Notes under the pieces: model-generated
Told to the model about the DNA's origin: nothing
The model's input: only the letters and a program-made list of their open reading frames with translations
Database searches by the model: none
Source of the DNA: Camelus ferus
Lineage: Eukaryota
Direction of reading: 5' to 3'
Length of the DNA stretch: 64,000 bases
NCBI RefSeq assembly: GCF_009834535.1
Contig: NC_045697.1
Location: 32,180,001 to 32,244,000 of the forward strand
Made by a program: the position numbers and the translations under genes
Part shown: positions 1-13,314 of the stretch, in pieces
Layout: every line of letters starts with the position of its first letter
Numbering within the stretch: position 1 is the stretch's first letter

Positions 1-1199
1 AATCTAAATTAATTTCACCTGAAGCTTATGTGCTTTTCAAATTTTATTTTTAATTTAGACATTCTGTTAACAATATATTTTCAGTATTTACCACAATAAA
101 GTGGCTTTTACTTCAAAGTATCCTTTCCCTCAAAAAGCATAATTATTCCTGAAGAAATCCAGATGAAAATGCTTTATGAGACATTATTACTGATTTCAAC
201 CATTTATTTGATGGCATAATTAACATTTGCACATGCTTCAACATTGAATCATGAAACAATGAGTGAACATCAGCTCTACTAAATATTTTCATAAGAAAAA
301 AGATTTTATGTTTTTACCAAAATACATCTCCATAATATTTTGTTTTCAAATTTGCTGCAAGGTATGCAAGTGAGATTGTACGTATTTATTAATTGTAGAT
401 ACCCAAATATAACACCTTACTTTATCAGATAAAAGATGAAACGGCTGTGAAATTTGAATGCAAAATTCATTGTTTTGCTGTCATCTAGTGGTAGTAAAGT
501 ATATGATATATAAGCTATAAAAGTGAATTAGTATCTTTGTTTTCTATGCAAATTGTGGCATTGGCCTTTCAAATATAAACATCAAGCTATGCTACAAATA
601 TAAATACCAAATATCACAGTCATTTTTCTAGTCTGACAGACCGGAACTGACTATTATTTTTCAAAATGTATTTGTTAACGTATTGGTTGACATTATCAAA
701 TAGCAAGTTATCCTTCTTACATAAAACCGAACAAGTCTTTTAGACAATAAATTATTAAAGGAATAAACAAGCACATTTTCAAATAACGTTTTTGTGTAAG
801 GGATGTTAATTATTATAGCTTCATAATTTTATAGGTTGTTTTAGTGTATGCTCAATATAAACTAGTAAATTTCATTTATCACCTTATCTTAGAAATCCTG
901 CCTAAAGCCTTTTTATATCTTTTAGACAGATGAAGCTTGAGGCTTTCACAAATCACCCAGCATGAAGAGCATAATGAATCAGAGTCTAGAAATTTCACTG
1001 ACTTAAAATGCAAAATTACATTAGACACTCTTTCTTCTAATACACTATACATTTGGTTAAAACAATCACAAAGAGAAAAAATCTAGAAATTTCTCTGAGC
1101 TATCTAAAGTAGGAGGGAAAATCTAGTATATTTCCTATTTGAAATTTAAGGAGACATTAGGGGAAGATGTATTGTAGTTTAGAATATCAGAATGGAGGC

Positions 1200-2320
1200 A
1201 TTTCAGACAAGTAAAAAACAAAAGATTGTTTTCAATAAACATTACAGGACAAATTGGTTAATTACTAAAGAAAAAAATTAAATTAAATCCTCCTTCACAT
1301 ACTAACCTAAAAAAATTTTCAATGAATCAAAAATTTAAGTGCAAAACAAAAATATAATTTAAAAATTTAAGAATCTACAAGAGGATATGAGCAGTAGCTA
1401 AAGCTGGAGAAATATATTCTAAATTAAAAAGCAATTGAAAAGCTATCAACAAAAATTTTGTGGAGTTGAAAACATAAATATTAAAATGTCCATATGTCCT
1501 AATGTCCCATAAACAAATTAGATAGCAAACACAATCTAGCAAAAAAAGTTTGAAATACATATTCCAGATAATAATTAATATCTTTACCATATAAATATTT
1601 CTATAAATAGGAAAGGAAAAAAATCTTAAGATTCCAATAGGAAATCTGACAAAGAATTGGAAAAACAGGAAGAAGTAAAAACAGTCAATAAATATATGAA
1701 AAAGGTCTAAATTTTCTGGTAACCAAGAAACACAAAGTATTACTTTTTGCCTATAAAATTAACAAAGACATTTCATATTCTACTCTGGAGGTGTATGGGG
1801 TCATCATTTTTCTGGATGAGTTTGACAGTGTAAATACCTTTGACCCAGTAATCCCAATGTTTTAGATCTAAGGAGAGATTCTGTTCAGGTCAAAGTTGTT
1901 TACGATGATATTCACCAAAGCCGTATTTATTATAAAGGAACAACCTTGTATATGATAAGATATTATGAAGAATACTATACATATCATGTTTTCAAATGAT
2001 ATTTAATGATGTTAAAAACGTATGTATAGAAATGTCTATGAGGTAACTTTCAAAAATACAAAAATTCATATTCCTAGTATGATACAACTTTCATTCTTAA
2101 GTATTCATAAATAGACACATATTCAAAGAAATAGTATTTCATTTTAAGTGTATATATATTTATAAAATTATAATAAAGGCTGGAAGAAATTACATCAAAT
2201 TGTTGATGGTAGTCATGTCTCAGAGACAAAATTTTAGGTGGTTTTTTATATTTTTATTCATATGTTTCTATACTTTTCAAACTCCTATATTGAATATAGT
2301 TTACTTTTATAATTAGACAA
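1200..2320 (+). mobile_element. Old, degraded L1 (L1M-type) 3' region
   Basis: A-rich strand bias with L1 ORF2-end remnants such as ACCTTTGACCCAGTAATCCCA. Boundaries approximate. Confidence 0.5.
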
Positions 2321-2724
2321 TTGGTAAGTTTTTGTAAGTGGAGATGTTTGTGGAGTCAAGGAAAACATTTAATAAGAATAGCTTATAATTTTCAGGTGTT
2401 GGTTTATTAGATGCAGAGGCAAATTAGAATGAATTGCTTAAACATAATTGATCCAAAAACTTAACTGGCTTCTAAAGAGCCAACAAATCTATTATATAAT
2501 TCTCTGTGCTTTTCTGAACAGCAGAAATCTTTCCCTTTTTTTTTTTCAATATTGAAGGCAAAGAGAGAAGAGTGTTTTAATGCCAGGTGGCTGACTGTGT
2601 TCCTAAGAAGCAAGCAATGATTTTTTGATGTAAAAATATTGGGAAGTTTAACCTATCCACTGGGCTCCATTTAAAAGAGAGCAGTTAGCCTGTGAATATT
2701 TTTCAATGGCTCTCAAATTTGAAA

Positions 2725-2962
2725 GGATAAATTTGGGAGTTTGAGATTTGCAAGTGATAACCACTATATATAAATATAATAAAAAACAAATTTCTTCTGT
2801 ATAGCACAAGGAACTATATTCAATATCTTATAATAACCTTTAATGAAAAATAAAATGAAAACAAATATGTGTATATACATGCATGACTGGGACATTATGC
2901 TGTACACCAGAAATTGACACATTGTTACTGACTATACTTCAATTTTAAAAAATTTTAAAAAA
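2725..2962 (+). mobile_element. 5'-truncated L1 3' end
   Basis: CTGTATAGCACAAGGAACTATATTCAATATC...GCTGTACACCAGAAATTGACAC...ACTATACTTCAAT followed by an A-rich tail. Confidence 0.85.
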
Positions 2963-3660
2963 GAAGAGAGCTAGAAAAAAAATCTTGAATTTTAGTTTTC
3001 TAGCACCTGTTTCTAGCATCATGTTGACATTGTTTAAGAGCAAAATAAGGGGATGTAAATTGGCTGGATTGAAAAAAAAATCAATGGATGGAAGATCCCT
3101 GAAATCTTTGGGGGAAATCTTTAACTGCACGAGTCCCCAGATTTCCTTGCTGCCATCAGTGCTTCTTATTGGAGTCAAATTCCTCCCTACTTAGTCATAC
3201 CTGGCTGAGATGAGGCAGCTTATATGATCCAGGAAGGAGAAAAAAATTGTCTTTTCTCCATGTCAACAAAAAAACAATATTGAGAAACTACCCTCTTTGC
3301 TCCCAGGCAAACATAGCAGAAAATAATAAAATATGCTGTTATGAAGAAGCTTCATTCACTGGGGTAGGAAAGGTGGTTACTCTGATATAATCATTCTGCC
3401 AAAAGATGTCTTCACTGTTGTCTAGATATGGCCAGGGCGTTCACATTTAAGAAACAGTGAAGAAACATTTAGAAACTGCAAGACTAGCACAGCGATAGCA
3501 CGTATCTACTTCTAATTCTCCCCACAGAAACTGTGAGATGAACTCCCAATAGTTTAAGCATGCTGTTTAGGCAGACTTTGTTTATAAGTGGAACAATCAC
3601 ACATAAAACATGGTATTCGGCATGCCGTCAGCACACATTAAGTGCTGATTATTGCTTTTA

Positions 3661-3912
<252 letters not shown>

Positions 3913-4145
3913 TCATGACACATCAAGGATAGAAACCACAAATTCCCTTTTTTGAATTCTCCTAGTGAATGCTAGTGAGCATTCACCCATGAAACAATTA
4001 ACTTGCTTTTTAAAAAGGTAATTAGTTGTGAGAAAACTCTCTAGAAGAATGACTCATATTGACTAACATTTATTAATGATGTACAATGTGCTGGACACTT
4101 TCCCCCCATTTTATCATGCAAAACTCTTCAAGGTAAAAATTGTAG

Positions 4146-4657
4146 TTTTTTTTTTTTTTTGAGGGGGTGCCAGTAGGCCTTATTGACCTTTTTTTAAAAT
4201 TTTTTTCAAAATTATAGTCACTTTACAATATTGCATTAATTTCTGGTGTATAGCATAGTGATTCATTTATACATATATATATTTATATTTCTTTTCATAT
4301 TCCCTTTCATTATAGGGCATTACAAGGTATTGAATATGGTTCCCTGTGCTATACAGTGGGACCTTGTTGTTCATCTATTCTATATCAGTTAGTATCTGCA
4401 AATCTCAAACTTCCAATTTATCCCTCCCTACCCCACTGTCCCCTTGGTAACTAGATGTTTGTTTTCTATGTCTGTGAGTCTGTCTCTGTTTTGTAAATAA
4501 CTTCATTTATCATTTTTTAGATTCCACATATAAGTGATTATCATATGGTATTTTCTTTCTCTTTCTGACTTACTTCACTTAGTATGATGATCTCCAAGTA
4601 TATCCATGTTGCTGCAAATGGCATTATCTTATTCTTTTCTTATGGCCAAGCAGTATT
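4146..4657 (-). mobile_element. 5'-truncated L1 3' end
   Basis: T-rich tail followed by L1 3' UTR motifs (TTCCCTGTGCTATACAG, AGATTCCACATATAAGTGAT, ATCCATGTTGCTGCAAATGGCA); imperfect TSD TTGTAGTTTT/TTGTAATTTT. Confidence 0.85.
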
Positions 4658-6642
4658 GTAATTTTAACCCCATCTTACAAAAAAAGAAGATCATGGAGAC
4701 TGGATGACAGTCTCACACAGTAACATTCAGGTGTTGGACTGTGAACTGAAGTTGTCTGTGGGAGCAGTGCTCTGCTCCCTACATAGAGCTGCTTTTTTCA
4801 CTGATTTTCAGGGGCAATCACCAAATATGACATTCTCTATAAATCTGTGGAAGCAGCAATTAAAAAAAATCACAAGTTTCTAGTATAGTCAATTCATAGG
4901 GAAAAATAAATATGTAAACTGAGTCTTGTCCATAAAGTAGACTTTCTAGCTCTGGCCATTCCCTACAATTATTGCTGATTGAATGACCTTGGAGTGTTTG
5001 ACTGTCCCTCTTCTGAAATGTGCAATTTAGTTCTGTTGAAACGTGATGTTTCAATACTTCCTTGACTGTGCTTTTATTTGGTTTTTATTCCACAATTTGT
5101 GTGAGACAGTCGGAAAACAACAATCTTAGTAAAGGACTTCTTGCTAGAGCTAGAGAAAGGAAGACAGAAAAATTGGGTTAGTCTATGAGGTTATTTGGTC
5201 ATTTTGAATTGTTTTTACATGAAGAAAAAGAAACATAAAGAGTTGTCCTTATTAACGAGTTTACATTTCTTTCATCAATGCTCCTTAAGCTAAGCTAAAA
5301 ATAGAATACAGGATTTTGAACTTTGTAGCTCCCTGTGGTCTCTTTGTGTTAAAATATTTACAAAATGGCTTCTCATACTTTCCTTCCTACGTTAATATGA
5401 AATCTAAGAATAATATATTCAACCTCCCTTATTGAGTAAGCCAGACAGAACAATTTCTTCTGGAAAATAAAGCTACTGCGATAGAAAGAGCTGCATACAT
5501 TTAATCATCTGCTAACTCTGCTGTAAGTTCATTAAGGGCAGGGACCTGGCTTAAGTCTTCTTGAAGCCCTCACAGAAAATGCCAATTACTGTTATTGTTC
5601 ATTTAGTCTCGTGGCATGTTCCTATTTTTATTTTTCTCAGTGAAGGAGGCCTACTATTAAAAGTTCTAGTAGAAATGAATTACAAATAAGAACCTGAATG
5701 TTTTGTTTGTTGATAAAAGATCCTTTATTCAAAATTTTTATCCTATATAATTTACCATGGTCTCCTTCTGTCACTATCTAAATTAAAATTCTCTCTTTGA
5801 TTTTGTACATGTTGACTATAACATTTAATATTACATCAAAATGAACAAAACTTAGGCAATACTAAAATAATTACATTTTTAGTTCACAGTCCCACCCAGC
5901 AAATTGTAAATTGTAACATCATAACCCTATTCTCATGTTTTAAGCCTTTTTCCAAAAATTGCTATAAACAACCATAATTTTAACCATTTATCTTGAACTG
6001 CATTTAGTCCCACGTATTCTAGTGTTATCATTTTTTTACTAGATGGTGTCAGCTCTGAATGGTTATGCCAATGAAGTTATCTTATAATTTTAGTGACATA
6101 TTTCAAGCTTATAGTATCGTTTCATGAAAACAATTCAGTGGGATTGGGACTGGGCAACTTACTAACTACTTTGTTAAGCCTACATCCCTGAATTATTAAT
6201 TAATTAAAGGCAATTGCATGAGTCAGATTAGTATACCCAATACTTAGGTTTATATCTGTACTCCACACAGCAATGGGAGTTTTGCAGAGTATACCAACAA
6301 AATAGTCCTCTTCTCCTTGATTACACAGTATCTTAAATAGCTCTATAAGGTAGATACTGAAATTTTGATGATTTCCAACTTAGCACATTATTCCAAATTG
6401 CAAATGAGTTAGACCAAAAGAAACACTGGACTCTGGCTGGTAGGATTTAAACGTTAGCTTTGTTAGCGGGCATCTCCTCTTCCTATAAAAGTCACTTTAA
6501 ACAACTGTGAAGTGATTGCAAAGGGCTCCTTTAGGACAACGGGCCACATTCTTTGCCACATTTCCCTTCTTTTGCTTTCCGACTCTGTGTGCTAAATCTC
6601 TACCTGTAATGATACTCCTACAGTAGGATGCATCCTGGACCA

Positions 6643-6867
6643 GGTAGAGTGGTTAGCAAACATGGCCTGTGGAGTCAGGCTGCCTGGGTTCAAGTCCCAG
6701 TTTTACAATAGTAGGCAAATCACTTCACATTCTGTGCCTCAGTTTCCTTATCTGTAAAATGAGGATAATAATAGAACTCATAGGTGTTACGAATTAAATT
6801 ATCTGAGATAAACAAAGCCCTTAGAAGAGTGTTGGGCACACAAAAAGTGATCGATAAGCATTAGCTC
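6643..6867 (+). mobile_element. MIR SINE
   Basis: GGAGTCAGGCTGCCTGGGTTCAAGTCCCAG...CTGTGCCTCAGTTTCCTTATCTGTAAAATGAGGATAATAATAG core. Confidence 0.9.
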
Positions 6868-9816
6868 AGATACTTTCCACACACCCTGGAACAGCATCTT
6901 CTCTATTGTAAATCGTTGTCTCTCAGTCTGTCACTTCCTCAGAGAAAACAGCATGAATAGGAGGCCAAGAGTCTGCATCCCTTCTGTGCTGATCATCTAT
7001 AGCTTTTTCCCATTTTGGTCTCCCTGAAACACCCAGACTGACTCCCACAACATCCCACTCACTCTGCGTTTTCCTACCTGGAGAATCTCTACTATGTTCG
7101 TGCTAGGACTTCTGTCTCCAAGCCTGGAATCATGGCCACACACCTGGTCCATGTACAAACCCTCTGTATGCTCACTAATTCTTCAATATTCTCCCTTGTA
7201 CCACCAAAAACCCCACTTAACATTGGGGTTATACAGCTCCAACCAGCCTGCGGAGGCCCATCTTTACTTAGATGATGTCGTGCTAAGATATGACATAGTC
7301 TCCACCTAGTGAAATCTCAGGCAGCAGGACTTAACATTTACCTTCCAATGTAAATATAAATCACTGTTAGAAGACTCAGTTATAATTTCAGTGGTTGCAG
7401 AAATATGTTCATTGTACCCAGTCAGTTTTCTGTGTCCCATTACATAATCGCTAGCTACATATTTGATTAGAGGTTTTGTTTTTCCAGAACTTTCAGTTTG
7501 GACTCCCATCATGGTGGTCAATTGATTCTGCTTTCCTTTGTCAGCCCTACCTGGGCGGATGGGGCAAGATGACTTGATTCCCAGTGTCACATGGTGAGCT
7601 GGAGTGTAAATCAGGTGGTAAGGAATGTACCATCAGGTAAGTACAATTCATTATACATCTACCTCCAACTTGGACTAGAATTCAAGGATGTGCATATTTC
7701 ACACAGTCAGGTGACATCACACCCCTCCAGGAACCTGAGACTATGAAGGTTTTCAGAATTTGCAACTCTATCATCCGAAACAGCGTTAAGACAACAAAAA
7801 TACCCTGTAGGCTAAAAAATTGGTCTGGATGCCCAGAAACATTTTATCTATGTAAGTCTCCCATTGAGCCAGTAAACATGCATTCTAAGTATCCTTGGTA
7901 AGAACATCTCATGTAGGGTCAGTTTGATGGCATGTGTTTTAGGAAGTGCCATTGACAGAGCCATTGACCATGCTTGAAACACTAGAGGGAGATCAGGTCT
8001 AGGGATTCAGAAGAGCTGGTGATTCAGTATCGATCTGGAAAAGTCCTACTGAGGACATTCAAAGAGAATTTTCCAGTTGTCACCTTTCTGTAGAAATAGC
8101 AACTTCTTACTTTAAATGATTGGAATAGATTTCCCACTTCAAAAATTGGAAAAATATAGTGGGAAAATGTAGCCTAGATAACTGGCTGCAGGTATTGGAA
8201 AGAATGGCTATCAGAACGACTGGATAATTAAGTTTTTTTAATGCCAAAATTCCTGCTTGCTCATTCTATTAGAAAACTTGTTTTTAAACATAAATATCTT
8301 CATTGTCTTAGTAAGCCCACTCAACCAGCTTTCAGATCACGATGTTATTCATTGAGCAGAACAAGTTTTTTAAAACAAGCTCTCATATGAAGGGGGTATG
8401 AGGGGGATGGAGCAAGGGCAGGGAGACTAATTGATTATAACTAATCAATCAAAGATTTAATCTTTAAAGATTTAATCAATTAAGGACCGAGATTAATTGA
8501 TTAAAATTCTCTACTGGATTCCTATGTCTTTTGCCAGTATGATCAGTGTCTTATTCTTATTTGGGCTATATTTTAATTGAACTATGCCCTGTATGATTAA
8601 AAGATCAAATCTCTCAAGTTATTTGATGTACACTAGTAAACTGCTGACCTGACTCTGTGTTTTATGTACCTCATAAAGCTACCACAGCTAATATGCCCTT
8701 TCCTAATTCCTGAGACTGGCAGTGTGGGTTGGAATTTAAATGTTACCACATCCAAATCAGGACTTGGACTTAAATGCCAAGCATCTGAAGTAGGCTAGGC
8801 CATAACCTGACATAAGATAATCATAACTTTTCCTCATTTGGCTATATTAATTTCCACCTCTTTGTCATTGTAATTTCTGGGCAACATTGATACATGCAAT
8901 CAGATGGAAAAAGAAAATTGGGTAAAGTGGGGTGGGGGAGAAGGCTGTGGTCTGTGAGTCTCTGCTTAAGGGAGAAACCTTTTGTCCCTGTCTTATTGGA
9001 CTTTTTAGTTTAGTTTAGTCTGACAATGTAGGTTGCAGATGCTACTCAGGTATTCCATCTGGAAAAGAGAAGGAAGAAAAGAAACAGAAGGCGACTGCTT
9101 TCTTTCAGTAAAACAGGAGAAGAACAGAGCCGGATAAAGGCCTGTGAGGTAGCTCGCATGTGGATTCTGTATTTTGAGTCACTGTCCTCTAATACCTTCA
9201 CGCTCAAACTACTCCATGTGCCATCACACACTTCTCTGCTTTCTCTTGACCCTCCAAATTGTAAATCATAAATGAAAAAAATTAAGTTCCTTTTCTGTTG
9301 TTGGATTCTGCAATGATTGAGCCAATTCTCTACAGCCTAATCCTTCCCTCCGAATTTTCATATAAATATTTTAAACACATTTACTCTGCCTGGTGATAAT
9401 ATTCAGATAGATAGATAAAGGTTTGGGTTGTTTTTTAATGCTAGAAAGCAAAGGCTAGGGACATGAATGAGGTAAAATTTCAGATACTTAGGTTCTACAG
9501 TTTTAAAAACATTATGTACCAATACCTTTCCCCATCGCCTTAGAGCAGCCGGTCAGCAGGAGTCGCTAAGACCGGGCTTGTGAAAACACACCGACCTGCC
9601 TGTATCTGTAGGGGTGACCATCCAGTGAAAACAGTGTCCATGCTGTCCTGGGCAAAGATGGAACAGAAGAGTCCCCACTATGTGTTGTATTTATTCTGTC
9701 TTTCCCTCCTCCTTCCGAGGATTTCAAGGTACTTACATGTGTTTGAAAAATAAACTTCAAGAATTAATAAATTTGAGATATTTATTATGTGATTATTTGC
9801 CTTAAACTTGTTAGAA

Positions 9817-9948
9817 TAGCACAGTAACCACATCCCAGTTTGCCTACGAGGAGCCAGTTTATTCTTACTGTACCAACATTGTTATTAACAGCACACATTT
9901 TACTCTGAAAAACATCTTGACTTTACAATAAATTATATGCCCACTCTA
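9817..9948 (-). mobile_element. MER94-like (hAT-Blackjack) MITE
   Basis: ACCACATCCCAGTTTGCC...TTATTAACAGCAC...CAATAAATTATATGCCCACTCTA resembles recalled MER94 consensus in reverse. Confidence 0.6.
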
Positions 9949-9967
9949 GTTTTAGGTCTAATTATCT

Positions 9968-10161
9968 TAAACCCACTTTTTACTAGCTGGTGACCTTGGA
10001 AAAGTTCCTTAATTTCTCTGGGTCCCTGCTTTCTCATGTGTAAAATAGGGATAGTAATAATATACATCTCCAGGTTGTCCGAGGATCTAATGAGTTAATT
10101 TACAAAAAGCTCAGAAGAGTACCTAACACATAGTAAGAACTCAATAAATGTTAGTTATTAT
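9968..10161 (+). mobile_element. MIR SINE
   Basis: TACTAGCTGGTGACCTTGG...TGTAAAATAGGGATAGTAATA...ACATAGTAAGAACTCAATAAATGTTAGTTATTAT. Confidence 0.85.
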
Positions 10162-11116
10162 GAAATTCGTAAGGTCTGACCCTTTTCCCAGTTCATTAGT
10201 CTAAACCCAGAAAAGAATACCCAAAGAAACGAATGTCTAACCAAATACAATAAGTGTAAGTGACTAGACAACAAACTGTCCATGGCTTCTGCAAGCTATA
10301 ATTATACGAAAAAATAACATTTACATAATAGCTTTATTTTAACACACACTTTCCCACACATTCTCACAATTGTTCTTCGGACAGTTCCCACAAAGTAGGC
10401 ATTACTGATGTTCTTATTTCTCAGCGGAAGACACTCAGTCAAGGGAAGTTGTCTTTCTCAATGCCACAAAAAATCAAATATGAGAGCCAGAACTTGCACC
10501 AAATTCTTGTTACTCGAGCTACCTTATTTGGGCCACTAGTTAAGGGTAAATGCTAAATTCTCAATCATTTTTTAATTTATTTTCAACTCAACTTGAACTG
10601 TCAACTCAAATAACTTAACACATTCTGAATTATGTTGGTGACTTAATGGCAGCCCTCTCCAACTTAAATTTTTTAATTTTGTAAGGGAAAAGATTGGAGA
10701 TTTCTTCTTTATCTTTGGGTTTATAGCACCTTTCTTAATTCCTGACACACAAGCAGGCCCTTGATAGATATTTTTTAAACTGAATAAAATCTATTTCTTA
10801 AGCGTGTCCTGGAAAATATCAGGTAAAAGGAAAATGTTTTCTGTTTGTCCAGGGCCTGTATTCATGCTCCCTGTTAAGTGATATTTTGAAAAGGGAAGAC
10901 AATTTGTTCACCTATAAATGGGCCTGAGGCGATCAAAGGCATTCATGGAGAACTGAATTCATTTCTCTGCCCTTTCCTGACACTTCTTAAGCACTTTACT
11001 AAGATATAATGGGGAGAGGTTTTGCTTCCCCCAAGGAAACCTCCCTACCTGAAACCCCCTACCAAATATGATGACTTCTTAAAATGAGAACATATTTTCT
11101 CAATATCAAGTACTTA

Positions 11117-11242
<126 letters not shown>

Positions 11243-11609
11243 TTAAGAGTGAAAAACTGATAAGTTTATGAGTCCATAAAACTTCTTTTTAGATATTACA
11301 AGGATTAATAGATAATGTGATTATGGCTGGATTCCTGTTAGAGAACAAAATATTCTTTGAATGGGGAAAGGGTGTAGAAATGTATGGCAGAAAGTCATTT
11401 ATAAAACCTATATCTTCAATTAACTTTTCTGAAATTTTCATTCACTAGGACTGTGACTTTGAAAAACTTGACTTTAATTGATCTGAAAAACATTCTTCAC
11501 CTAGTACCTCATTCTCAGCAGTTTAAGAGAAAGTTTAAAAGTTAGTATGCATCTAGAAGGTTTTCTCTTAAACAATGTTAGTTCCTCACTTTAAGGACAC
11601 GAGCACGTG

Positions 11610-11633
11610 CACACACACACACACACACACACA
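11610..11633. repeat. (CA)12 microsatellite
   Basis: Read directly from the sequence. Confidence 0.95.
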
Positions 11634-12708
11634 TTTATTGCAAAGCCAAAAAGCAAATGGCTAATAATAATAATACTATTTGAGTTTGATTTTTCCTACA
11701 GCTTTAAAGGGTAATAACATCCTCTCTGTTCTCTAAAACAAGACAAACCCTAAAAATTAATCTCCCAGTTCTTTCTATTTCCTGAAAGGTGGTTAGAACG
11801 TTTTCCTTTTCTCTTGCCCTGTCTGCTGCACTTGGGCTTCTGCTGAGTCAGACGAAGAAAGACTTAACTCGGCTAAAGGAATGGACTCTGTCTTTGCATA
11901 CACCCTGTACATTGTATCTACTCACTTCTGAGAATGAAGAGGAGTGCAGGGCCTTGATTTAGACCTAATGGCTAGAAGATTAGAGGGAAGAAGAAAGACT
12001 TGACAGGAGGAACAGATGGGGGAAGAAAGTAATAGTGAGGTGGGTAATAGTGGCTCTTTGGATGAAAATTAGGGGTTGGAGTAAAGATTCTTTTCAATTG
12101 GACAAATGTGGTTTTCAACTCAACATTTTAGCCTTTATTTTCCTTTGAAAAACTTTCTATTTCAAAAGAGTGAATTTAAAAATCACTAAAAGTAATTCAT
12201 ATAGTTATAATAATCTATAGAATATAACTCATAATAAATTTCAAATGAAATTGCATAAATGTCCCTAGTTCTAGGGGCCTTATTAATCAGAAATAGTCAA
12301 GTAACAATTGTCCAATATATCAAATTTTTACAGCTCAGGGGAAATACAGAAAGCTTTTCTAAAATTAGATGCAGTGATTCAAACATCTGATATAATAAAT
12401 TAAGATTTTTCATTAGTAACGTATATAAAAGTAGCTGTGAATTCTATAAACTAAAAATCAAGGCTGGGAGAGTGTTAAATCTTTTAGCAGCTTGTAATTC
12501 ACAGAATTTAAAATTTAACAGCATAACTTTCTCAGTCCATGAAAATATGTTACTATAAAGCATAGAGAGTAACTTTACTGGAGAATACACTAAGTGTTCA
12601 GAACATGCAAATCATCATGTAATGTGACAATTGGCATTAGAGTCCTTACATAACCCAGCTTCATATTTTGTTTAAATGCCAAATTCTTTAGAAGGATCAG
12701 ACACATAC

Positions 12709-12790
12709 CTTTATATTATTTTATGCTGCAAGATCCTCCAACAATGTAGCTTTCCTTGAGAAATTTTTAACAAATCAGCTCATGAAAAGA
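12709..12790 (-). other. YIPF7: Probable non-coding upstream (5' UTR) exon of YIPF7; 5' boundary uncertain
   Basis: Donor AAG|GTATGT at 12709/12708. One frame reads DLLKISQGKLH, resembling the N-terminal extension of human YIPF7 as I recall it, but it has no ATG and ends in TAA before the main ATG. Confidence 0.7.
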
Positions 12791-13314
12791 TGACTTGCTT
12801 TCTCCATATACAAGTTTCTAAATTTGTACTCTGACACTCTGAACAGATGCTGCAGCCAAAAAAAAAAAAAAAAAAAAAAACAGCCTGCCAAAACCAACAC
12901 AGTACCTTCCAACACTTGTTAAAGGGTACAAACACAGTGAACCATTTAGAGACAAACAATTTGATAAAGTAAATGGTAGATTCAGTTTCCTTGTGTGAAT
13001 AATATACCATTAACCTCTGATTTAAAATATTTATTTGAGGTCAACAATGAAAAGTAAGAGGCCTTAACACTCCTTCCACTTCATGGCTTATAAGAATATA
13101 TTCACCCTAGACAATCTTAGGAACAATTTGAAAATGAGTGTTATAGAAACAGCATTTAGGAAGACTATTCACGACGTACCTCTGATTTTCCCCCTGCTTC
13201 TTACTTCTCCAACGCAGCCCAAGATGGACACACTAATGTGATCTAGGAGAGCTCCTTACATAAAGGGCATGTTCTGTCCCATTTTCCAGCCAATCTTGAC
13301 CACTGGAAGGCATC

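Noticed and set aside
7094..7640. ORFs of 71 aa (+) and 94 aa (-) with scattered donor-like motifs in a YIPF7 intron
   Set aside because: No recognisable homology and no coherent acceptor-donor pair in the right phase.
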